13,355 bases of DNA from an uncultured bacterium (lineage in GTDB: Bacteria; Abyssobacteria; SURF-5). The number at the start of each line of letters is the position of its first letter. Positions within the stretch are counted from its first letter, which is position 1. Below are positions 1 to 7,754 of the stretch, in pieces. The position numbers were made by a program, and so were the translations under genes. Below the pieces are notes generated by a model, which made no database searches, was not told the origin of the DNA, and worked only from the letters and a program-made list of their open reading frames with translations. The stretch is from NCBI GenBank assembly GCA_964510165.1, contig CAZEBC010000112.1:1-13355 (forward strand), written 5' to 3'.

Positions 1-555
1 ATGATAGAGATCAGGTTTCACGGCAGGGGCGGCCAAGGAGCGGTGGTCGCCGCGAAAATCCTGGCCGACGCCTTCTTCCGGGAGGGCAAGCATGTGCAGT
101 CGTTTCCCGCGTTTGGCGTCGAGAGGCGCGGCGCGCCGGTGATGGCGTTTACGAGGGTCGATGATGCGCCCATATTCCTAAGAAGCAACATCTATGAGCC
201 GGATATCGTTGTCGTGCTGGACCCGACGCTTCTGCATGAAGTGGGAGTGACGGACGGCCTCAAGAATGGCGGCATGATGATAATCAATAGCCCGCGGCAT
301 GAATTCGAGGAGTTCAAGGATATCTCGATTGCAGGGGTGAACGCGACCGAGATTGCGGTGCGTCACGGTCTGGGCACTCAGACGAATCCAATTGTGAACA
401 CAGCGATCCTGGGGGCGTTCGCCAAGGCGACCGGTCTGGTGAGCATAGAGTCGGTGACGGAGTGCATACGCGAGGGCGTGCCCAAGAACGCCGAAGAAAA
501 CGCCGCCGCCGCCCGCGAATCATTTGCAAAGACAGAGCATACGAAAGATGAATAA
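1..555 (+). CDS. porC: 2-oxoacid:ferredoxin oxidoreductase gamma subunit (PorC/PorG family)
   Basis: 184-aa ORF starting [17 protein letters not shown], with [21 protein letters not shown] and [13 protein letters not shown], all typical of OFOR gamma subunits. First gene of a gamma-delta-alpha-beta operon. Confidence 0.95.
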
Positions 556-2233
556 CCCGGAGTCCAAAACGAGGCCGGTTTCCCCCATATCCGAGGCGGG
601 AGTGCTCAACAATCGGACGGGTAGTTGGCGCTATTTGAAGCCGAGCTACGAGGCAAAGCTCGCGCCCTGCATAGCGGCCTGTCCGGCGGGCGAGCGAGTC
701 GAGCAATGGATCCGACTGTTCGAACAAGAGCGGTATGTGGACGCATGGCGCCTCATCAAGAGTGTCAATCCGCTGCCCCGTGTGTGCGGCAGGGTGTGCT
801 TTCATCCGTGCGAGGCCGACTGCAATCGCGGCCACTACGACCGGCCCGTTGCAATCCATTCGCTTGAACGATTCGTTTCCGACAGTGCCGGGTCCATAGG
901 CAGAGAGAAGTGTCCGAAATTGAAAAAGACCGGGAAGCGGGTGGGGGTGGTCGGCTCCGGACCGGCGGGCCTGTCGTGCGCGTACCATCTGGCGTTGCGC
1001 GGGTATGAGGTGACCATCTACGAGGTGGAAGCCGAGCTTGGCGGACTTCTCAGATATGGTATTCCCGCATATCGTCTGCCCAAAGATATTCTGAACGAAG
1101 AGATAGAAGACATCCTCGCGCTCGGAATAGAGGCTCGCATGGGTGCGCGCATCGAGGATTTCGAGAAGCTTTGCGCGACTTACGACGCGGTGTTCGTGGC
1201 GACAGGCCTCGCCGTGAGCAGGAAACTTGGAATTCCGGGCGAGGCGGGCGAAGGCGTCATGAGCGCGCTCGAGTTTCTAAAGCTTGTCAACGGAGGCGCC
1301 GCTCCGGAGCTTCACGGCAAGGTTCTCATCGTGGGAGGCGGCAACGCGGCCATTGATGCCGCCCGCGCGGCGCTCCGCGTGGGAGCGACGCCGACTATCG
1401 TCTATCGCCGCACCCGGGAGGAGATGCCCGCCTATCCGCCGGAGATCGAGGAGGCCGAGCGCGAAGGCGTGGCCATTAGATTCCTGGCAGAGCCTTTGGA
1501 GATAATGCGCGAGAACGAGCGCCCGATTCTTGTGGAATGCGCGCGCAACCAGCCGGGCGAAGTCGGCGAAGACGGGCGCAGGAAAGCCGTTCCCGTCAAA
1601 GGCTCCAATTTTCTCGTTGAAGCCAACACAGTCATCGTTGCAATAGGCGAAGAGCCGGACAACAGATTGTCCCGTAATTCGGTATTTGGTCGTAGGGGCG
1701 GCCCTGTGTGGCCGCCCGGGCGCCCACATAGGGGTGCCCCTACAATTGCGGCGAAATCGCCGAATGTGTTCTTCGGAGGCGACCTTGTCAATCGGAAGAG
1801 GACCGTCGCTCACGCCATCGGCTCGGGCCGTCGCGCGGCGTTGGCGATCGACCGCTCTCTCGGTGGTTCCGGAGAAGACCCGGCAGGCGTCATCGAAGGA
1901 TCAATCGTCAAGTTCGAGGACATAAACACCGATTACTTCATTCGCCGACCTCGCGCGCGGATACCGAAGCTGCCCCTTAACGAACGGCAGAACACTTTCA
2001 CCGAAGTCTGCCTCGGGTTGGAGACCAATGCGGCCTTGGAAGAGGCTCAGCGTTGTTTCCATTGCGGCGCGTGCATCTCGTGCGACAACTGCTTTGATCT
2101 GTGTCCCGATATCGCGGTCAGGAAATCGGATGACGGCGCGTACTCTATCGATTACGACTACTGCAAGGGCTGCGGCATATGCGTGCATGAGTGTCCACGC
2201 AACGCCATGTCGATAGCTGAGGAAGATAAATGA
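548..2233 (+). CDS. Fused OFOR delta subunit / GltD(NfnB)-like FAD- and NAD(P)H-binding Fe-S oxidoreductase (561 aa)
   Basis: ATG at 548 overlaps the gamma stop (ATGAATAA) and is preferred over the TTG at 524. It has an N-terminal delta-like [11 protein letters not shown], Fe-S motifs PCIAACP and [13 protein letters not shown], an FAD Rossmann motif [22 protein letters not shown], a second Rossmann motif [11 protein letters not shown] followed by YRR, FFGGD, and a C-terminal 2x[4Fe-4S] region [12 protein letters not shown]...[17 protein letters not shown]. Confidence 0.9.
   Translation: MNNPESKTRPVSPISEAGVLNNRTGSWRYLKPSYEAKLAPCIAACPAGERVEQWIRLFEQERYVDAWRLIKSVNPLPRVCGRVCFHPCEADCNRGHYDRPVAIHSLERFVSDSAGSIGREKCPKLKKTGKRVGVVGSGPAGLSCAYHLALRGYEVTIYEVEAELGGLLRYGIPAYRLPKDILNEEIEDILALGIEARMGARIEDFEKLCATYDAVFVATGLAVSRKLGIPGEAGEGVMSALEFLKLVNGGAAPELHGKVLIVGGGNAAIDAARAALRVGATPTIVYRRTREEMPAYPPEIEEAEREGVAIRFLAEPLEIMRENERPILVECARNQPGEVGEDGRRKAVPVKGSNFLVEANTVIVAIGEEPDNRLSRNSVFGRRGGPVWPPGRPHRGAPTIAAKSPNVFFGGDLVNRKRTVAHAIGSGRRAALAIDRSLGGSGEDPAGVIEGSIVKFEDINTDYFIRRPRARIPKLPLNERQNTFTEVCLGLETNAALEEAQRCFHCGACISCDNCFDLCPDIAVRKSDDGAYSIDYDYCKGCGICVHECPRNAMSIAEEDK
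1692..1743. repeat. Inverted doublet of 26-bp GTAG-type REP palindromes (REPIN-like, zero spacer) inside a CDS
   Basis: 1692-1717 reads GTAG-GGGCGGCC-CTGTGT-GGCCGCCC (perfect 8-bp stem). The reverse complement of 1718-1743 reads GTAG-GGGCACCC-CTATGT-GGGCGCCC (8-bp stem with one G:T pair on the + strand). Both units have a GTAG foot plus a GC-rich hairpin, in inverted orientation. Confidence 0.8.
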
Positions 2234-3384
2234 AAAAAGTCATAATGGGAAACCACGCCGTATCGCATGCGGTGAGGCTTGCCCGCGCGCAGGTGATCGC
2301 GGCGTACCCCATCACGCCTCAGACCCAGGTGGTCGAGGAGCTCTCGAACATGTGCGCCGAGGGCAAGCTCCGGGCGAAGTTCATTAAGGTGGAGTCGGAA
2401 CACTCGGCGATGGCATGCTGCATCGGGGCGTCAGCGGCGGGCAGCCGCGCATTCACCGCGACGTCGTCGCAAGGTCTTGCGCTTATGCACGAGATGCTTC
2501 ATTGGGCCGCCGGGGCAAGGCTGCCCGTCGTGCTGGCGGAGGTCAATCGCGCGCTTGCGCCGGGCTGGAACATCTGGGCCGACCAGTCGGACTCTCTCGC
2601 GCAGCGCGACACGGGCTGGCTCCAATTCTACTGTACGAGCAACCAGGAGATACTCGATTCGATCCTGATTGCCTACCGTTTGGCCGAATGCGTGTCGCTT
2701 CCGGCAATGGTGGTGTATGACGCATTCTACCTGTCCCACACCTATGAGGCGGTGGATATCCCCGGGCAGGACCAGGTGGATGCGTTCCTGCCGCCGTATG
2801 CACCCGAGGTGAAGCTCGATGTGGACAAGCCGCTGGCGTTCGGTTCGTTGACCACATCGGAGTATTACATGGAGATGCGGGAGCAAATCGAAAGCGCTAC
2901 CGAGCAGGTGCATGAAATTCTTCCGAGAATCTATGGGGAGTTTGATTCCGTTTTCGGAAGGCGGTACGATGTCATCGAAGAATACCGGCGCGACGATGCC
3001 GAGTTGATACTCATCTCGTCCGGCACGGTATCGAGCACAGCCCGAATCGTCATCGACAAACTGCGCGAGCAGGGAATGGCAGTGGGCCAGATAAATATCC
3101 GCATGTTCCGCCCGTTTCCGGCGCGCAAACTGCGAGAGGCTCTGCGGGCCTGCGAGAAGGTCGCAGTTATTGACCGCAATATTTCCTTCGGGCAGGGCGG
3201 CATCTTCGCGCAGGAACTCAAGGCCGCGCTGTGCAACGAAGAAAGGCGGCCGCATGTTTTCGGCTTCATCGCGGGCCTGGGCGGAAGAGACATCACCCCC
3301 GCCGCCATAGAGAAGGCTTTCATGACGGCATATGAGCTTGACGTTCCCGCGCGGGAGATCGAGTGGATAGGGCTGAAGGCATGA
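2230..3384 (+). CDS. porA: 2-oxoacid:ferredoxin oxidoreductase alpha subunit (PorA family, VorA-like)
   Basis: AYPITPQT, VESEHSAM, TATSSQGLALMHEMLHWAAGARLP, QRDTGWLQ, FRPFP and GLGGRDIT motifs. The start overlaps the upstream stop codon. Confidence 0.95.
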   Translation: MKKVIMGNHAVSHAVRLARAQVIAAYPITPQTQVVEELSNMCAEGKLRAKFIKVESEHSAMACCIGASAAGSRAFTATSSQGLALMHEMLHWAAGARLPVVLAEVNRALAPGWNIWADQSDSLAQRDTGWLQFYCTSNQEILDSILIAYRLAECVSLPAMVVYDAFYLSHTYEAVDIPGQDQVDAFLPPYAPEVKLDVDKPLAFGSLTTSEYYMEMREQIESATEQVHEILPRIYGEFDSVFGRRYDVIEEYRRDDAELILISSGTVSSTARIVIDKLREQGMAVGQINIRMFRPFPARKLREALRACEKVAVIDRNISFGQGGIFAQELKAALCNEERRPHVFGFIAGLGGRDITPAAIEKAFMTAYELDVPAREIEWIGLKA

Positions 3385-4271
3385 ACCAGAGAATCCGGGA
3401 TGACGAGTTGGTGTGCTCCGGGCATTACGCCTGCCAGGGATGCGGCGCGGTCATCGCGATGCGGCATGCGCTGAGGGCGCTCGGGCCGCAGACCGTCGTT
3501 GTGATACCCGCATGCTGTTGGTCCGTCATCGCCGGACCGTATCCGTACTCCGCGCTCAAGGTTCCGGTATTCCACGCGGCCTTCGAGACAGGCGGCTCGA
3601 CGGCATCGGGAATACGCGCCGCGCTCGACATGCAGGGCAAGAGCGACATCAATGTCCTTACCTGGGCGGGCGACGGCGGCACGTTCGATATCGGATTGCA
3701 GTCGCTCTCGGGAGCGGTGGAGCGCAACGATAACATCATCTATTGTTGTTATGATAATGAGGCTTACATGAACACCGGCATCCAGCGCAGTTCTGCGACC
3801 CCGATGCGCGCATGGACGACCACCACCCCGGAGCTTTACCCGAAGGAAACGCCGAAGAAGGACATCGTGCAGATACTGGCGGGGCACAAAATCCCGTACG
3901 TCGCCACGGCCTCGATCGGGTTCCCGGACGACTTGAGGAAGAAATTCCAAAAGGCCAAAGACATCAAGGGGACGAAATTCATCCATGTGCTGGCGCCGTG
4001 TCCGTCGGGATGGAAGTATTCGTCCGACTTGACGGTGAAGCTTGCCCGTCTGGCCGTGCATTCCAAAGTGTTCCCGATTTATGAGGTGTTTGACGGCGAG
4101 GATTATGTAATCAACATCGAGCCCGAGGGCAGGCCGGTAGCCGAATATCTCACGATGCAGGGCCGTTTCTCTCACCTTACGGCTCGTCAGAAAGAGGAAC
4201 TCCAGGCGCGGGTTGATTACGATTGGGAGCATCTCCTACACAGGGCGATGCTTGAGAAATTCGAGTTCTGA
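3381..4271 (+). CDS. porB: 2-oxoacid:ferredoxin oxidoreductase beta subunit, TPP-binding (PorB family, VorB-like), 296 aa
   Basis: ATGA overlap with the alpha stop places the start at 3381. Motifs: GHYACQGCG, IPACCWS, TPP-binding GDGGTFDIG...YDNEAYMNTGIQRS, and APCPSGW. Confidence 0.95.
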   Translation: MNQRIRDDELVCSGHYACQGCGAVIAMRHALRALGPQTVVVIPACCWSVIAGPYPYSALKVPVFHAAFETGGSTASGIRAALDMQGKSDINVLTWAGDGGTFDIGLQSLSGAVERNDNIIYCCYDNEAYMNTGIQRSSATPMRAWTTTTPELYPKETPKKDIVQILAGHKIPYVATASIGFPDDLRKKFQKAKDIKGTKFIHVLAPCPSGWKYSSDLTVKLARLAVHSKVFPIYEVFDGEDYVINIEPEGRPVAEYLTMQGRFSHLTARQKEELQARVDYDWEHLLHRAMLEKFEF

Positions 4272-4337
4272 GGCGTTCACGCTCAGAAGAAGACATTCCG
4301 TTAATCTCATTTTCGCTGTCGAAAGCCGGAGGAGTTC

Positions 4338-5501
4338 ATGGTCGAGTTGAAACCGATCACTTCACCCCCATCCCAGGAGGAACTCGAGAGCCGGCTTAAG
4401 AGGGTCAGGGCCCTGATGGAGAACGAGGCGCTCGACTGGTATGTCTGCTTCGATCCCGTCAACATTTATTACTTGACGAATTTCGCCAACTATGTGCACG
4501 AGCGCCCGTTCATCCTCGTGATCCCGAAGGAGGGAGCGCCGAAAATGGTGTGTCCACTCCTCGAAACAACGCATGTCAGGGCGCGCGCCCGTCTGCCGTT
4601 GGAGTACGCAACCTATTACGAATTCCCTGCCCCGAAAGGAAAGAACTGGTTCGACGTGTATGCCCCGCTGATCGGCAAACGTTCGCGCGTCGGAGTCGAA
4701 TCGGCCATGCCGCTATTCATATCGAAGCGGACACCCGGTGAAATCGTCATGACCGATATCATAGATGAGGCGCGCCTCGTCAAGACGGATTATGAGATCG
4801 GACGTACCATTCACGCCTGCCAGATCATAAGCGAAGGCCATAAGAAACTGCTCGCGATCGCGAGGCCGGGTGTCCTCGAGGCCCTCATATTCACCGAAGT
4901 CCAACGATTCCTGATGGAGCGCCTCCTGGGCGATATCCCGGACTTCAATTACTACGTGACTAAGGTTGGAGCGGCGGTGCTTCCGCCTTCGAAATCTCAC
5001 GATCCCCATTTCGTGCCAACCCCATTCATCGCCATGGAGGAAGGCGGTCCGCACGTCTCCGGAGTCGGCGGGCAGTTTGACGGATATGGCGTCGAACTCG
5101 AGCGAACCTTTTTCCTCGGACATGTGCCGGATGGCGCGCGCGGGCCATTCGAGGTCTCGATGGAAGCGCGCGCCCTCGCCTATGCACTTGCCAAACCTGG
5201 CGCTGTCCTGAGCGAAATCGATAAGAAGGTGAGGAAGGTGATTGCGGACGCGGGGTATGGCGACCGCATTCTCCATCGCACCGGTCATGGATTCGGCATT
5301 ACCGGCCATGAGGCGCCGTACGTGGCGCTTGGAGATGAGAGAGAGCTTGTTCCAAGGATGCTAATCAGCATCGAGCCTGGCATATACATGGAGGGCCTTG
5401 GGGGCTTCCGCCATTCCGATACCGTCTTGATAACCGACACCGGTAACCTGAAGCTGACCGAAGCCCCCGAAAGATTGGAAGACCTCGTGATTTATTCATG
5501 A
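4338..5501 (+). CDS. M24 family (Xaa-Pro peptidase / creatinase-like) hydrolase
   Basis: GGAGGAG RBS at 4328-4334. N-terminal creatinase/prolidase domain (NIYYLTNF), RLVKTDYEI, HRTGHGFGITGHEAP, SIEPGIY, GGFRHSDTV. Confidence 0.88.
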   Translation: MVELKPITSPPSQEELESRLKRVRALMENEALDWYVCFDPVNIYYLTNFANYVHERPFILVIPKEGAPKMVCPLLETTHVRARARLPLEYATYYEFPAPKGKNWFDVYAPLIGKRSRVGVESAMPLFISKRTPGEIVMTDIIDEARLVKTDYEIGRTIHACQIISEGHKKLLAIARPGVLEALIFTEVQRFLMERLLGDIPDFNYYVTKVGAAVLPPSKSHDPHFVPTPFIAMEEGGPHVSGVGGQFDGYGVELERTFFLGHVPDGARGPFEVSMEARALAYALAKPGAVLSEIDKKVRKVIADAGYGDRILHRTGHGFGITGHEAPYVALGDERELVPRMLISIEPGIYMEGLGGFRHSDTVLITDTGNLKLTEAPERLEDLVIYS

Positions 5502-5528
5502 TTCAACTACTCCACTAAGGCTAAAACC

Positions 5529-6308
5529 ATGTCTCGCCCTGACTGCAGCCTGCTCGACCAGCCTATCGCGCTGAGTATCATGTTTTATCCGCGCCGTGAC
5601 CCGTATCCGAACGATGAGTTAGATGTTTTCTTTCCGGTTGCGCCGGGTATTCGGGTAGGCGGCCGATTGTACGCATCTGGCCGTGAATCGCCCTTACTGC
5701 TTCTCTTTCACGGCAACGGCGAGATCGCTTCGGATTACGACGACCTCGCGCAGATTTACGGACAAGTGGGGCTTTCGCTCCTCGTCGCGGATTATCGGGG
5801 TTACGGCAAGAGCGACGGAACTCCCACCGCTTCCGCGTTGCTTGATGACGCTCTGGTGTTATATCGCTTGCTCGTCGATGTCGTGTCTGAGCGCGGGCTC
5901 AACCCGTCGCGGGTGATCATCATGGGGCGTTCGCTCGGAAGCGCGGCTGCTCTTGAGATCGTAACCGGCGCGGACGGCGGAGTCAGCGGACTCATCATCG
6001 AGAGCGGGTTTGCTTCCGCTCTCGGCCTTATCGAGCGGCTGGGCGGGCCTCTGCCTCACACCCTTCAAGGCGGGGTCTCAGGGTTTGACAATGCCGTAAA
6101 GATGGAAAAGGTGCAGATTCCCACGCTGATCATTCACGGCGAGGCCGATCAGATTATCCCCGTGGAACATGGCAAGACCCTCTTTGACCATTGTCGAGCG
6201 CGAGACAAGCGGCTGGTCATCATACCGGGCGCCGGACATAACGACCTGCTCCTGCTTGGCGCCAAGACCTACTTTGATGCCATTCGGACGTTTGTATCCC
6301 AAAAGTAA
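5529..6308 (+). CDS. Alpha/beta fold serine hydrolase (ABHD13/BEM46-like)
   Basis: FHGNGE, DYRGYGKSDG, nucleophile elbow GRSLG, HGEADQII (Asp) and GAGHND (His) give a complete catalytic triad. Confidence 0.9.
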   Translation: MSRPDCSLLDQPIALSIMFYPRRDPYPNDELDVFFPVAPGIRVGGRLYASGRESPLLLLFHGNGEIASDYDDLAQIYGQVGLSLLVADYRGYGKSDGTPTASALLDDALVLYRLLVDVVSERGLNPSRVIIMGRSLGSAAALEIVTGADGGVSGLIIESGFASALGLIERLGGPLPHTLQGGVSGFDNAVKMEKVQIPTLIIHGEADQIIPVEHGKTLFDHCRARDKRLVIIPGAGHNDLLLLGAKTYFDAIRTFVSQK

Positions 6309-6325
6309 CGATTTCGACAACTGCC

Positions 6326-6354
6326 TTGACAAAAGCCGAGGAGATTGTTAATTT
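6326..6354 (+). promoter_or_regulatory. Putative sigma70 promoter for gltA
   Basis: TTGACA (6326-6331), a 17-bp spacer ending in TGt, then TAATTT (6349-6354), about 55 bp upstream of the gltA ATG. Confidence 0.55.
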
Positions 6355-6407
6355 GAGATAGCTACCGTAACTATGACCATCACTCCACCTCTGAGGGCCG
6401 ATAGATT

Positions 6408-7748
6408 ATGGCAAAACGAATCAGCAAGAACAAAGCGCCCAAAACCAAACCCGCAGCCAAGCAGAAGACCTGCACTCTGGAAATCGATGGGCAGCAATTG
6501 AAGTTGCCTGTTTACGAGGGCAACGACGGGTCCGTCAATATCGACATCTCCGACCTCTACAAGAACGCCGGGGTCAAGGCGTTCAATCCCGGCCTGGCCG
6601 ATGTCGCCACTTGTCGGAGCGCAATCAGCTTCGTCGACGGTGAGAAGGGGATTCTACTGTACCGCGGTTATCCCATCGAGGAGTTGGCGGAGAACACCAC
6701 ATTTGTTGAAACCGCCTATCTGCTTGTCAAGGGGCATCTGCCCACCCAGTCCGAGCGGACAGCATTCTCGCGGCAGCTCACCCATCTTTCAAATATTCAC
6801 GAGGACATGAAGCACTACTTCGAGGGGTTCCCTTCGTATGCCGACCCGATGGCAATGCTTTCTTCGATGATTATCGCCCTTTCGACTTACCACCAAGAAG
6901 ATTTAAAAAGGCCGACGGAAGAGGCTTTCGAGGTTGCAAGCACGTCGCTTCTGGCAAAGATCAAGACGATTGCCGCGTTCTCATACAAGAAGAAGCGGGG
7001 CGAGCCCTACGAGTATCCGCAGGACGACCTCAGCTACTGCGCCAACCTGCTTTACATGCTGTTCGACCGCCCGAACAAACGCTACGAGATAAACGATCGC
7101 CTCGTCAAAGTGCTCAACAAGATACTCATCCTTCATGCCGACCACGAGCAGAACTGCTCCACGACGACAGTGCGGACGGTCGGCAGCAGCGGCGCCAATA
7201 TCTTTGTTTCGATATCCGCTGGCGTCAATGCCCTCTCCGGCCCGCGCCATGGCGGCGCCAACCAGGACGTGCTCAGGCTTCTTCAGCGCATCCATTCCGA
7301 CGGCGACGATGTGCAGAAGTACGTGCGAATGGCCAAGGATTCAAAGAAGAAGTTCATGCTGCCGGGATTCGGACATCGAGTGTACAAGAATTACGACCCT
7401 CGCGCCCGAATCTGCAAGGAAGCCTGCGACGTCGTGCTCGACATCCTCGGTGTGCACGACCCCCTCCTTGAGATCGCCAAGAAACTCGAGGAAGCGGCCC
7501 TCAGGGATGACTACTTCATAGAACGACGCCTGTACCCGAACGTAGATTTCTACAGTTGCATAATATTTTCGGCGCTCGGGCTTCCCGCCGAGATGTTCCC
7601 GGTCATGTTTGCCATCGGCAGGCTTCCAGGATGGATCGCTCATTGGAAGGAAGCATTCGACGATCCCGAAAACCGCATCATCCGGCCCGGCCAGATTTAC
7701 ACGGGAATGCAGCGGCGCCCGTTCGTCCCGATCGAGAAGCGGAAATAG
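6408..7748 (+). CDS. gltA: Citrate synthase (type II-like, Si-specific family)
   Basis: DGEKGILLYRGYPIEEL, LHADHEQNCST, GPRHGGAN, GFGHRVYKNYDPRA, LYPNVDFY, RLPGWIAHW. The catalytic His/His/Asp residues are present. Confidence 0.96.
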   Translation: MAKRISKNKAPKTKPAAKQKTCTLEIDGQQLKLPVYEGNDGSVNIDISDLYKNAGVKAFNPGLADVATCRSAISFVDGEKGILLYRGYPIEELAENTTFVETAYLLVKGHLPTQSERTAFSRQLTHLSNIHEDMKHYFEGFPSYADPMAMLSSMIIALSTYHQEDLKRPTEEAFEVASTSLLAKIKTIAAFSYKKKRGEPYEYPQDDLSYCANLLYMLFDRPNKRYEINDRLVKVLNKILILHADHEQNCSTTTVRTVGSSGANIFVSISAGVNALSGPRHGGANQDVLRLLQRIHSDGDDVQKYVRMAKDSKKKFMLPGFGHRVYKNYDPRARICKEACDVVLDILGVHDPLLEIAKKLEEAALRDDYFIERRLYPNVDFYSCIIFSALGLPAEMFPVMFAIGRLPGWIAHWKEAFDDPENRIIRPGQIYTGMQRRPFVPIEKRK

Positions 7749-7754
7749 TATCAA

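Noticed and set aside
524-547. Longer ORF-track starts (524, and likewise 3363, 8822, 10049)
   Set aside because: Downstream ATGs at 548, 3381, 8741 and 9965 have stop/start coupling or an SD motif and match the family N-termini.
314-4232. Long antisense or alternative-frame ORFs over the oxidoreductase operon (e.g. 314-988, 1277-1813, 2431-3255, 2931-4232)
   Set aside because: They are shadow ORFs of well-supported genes in GC-rich DNA and show no recognisable motifs.
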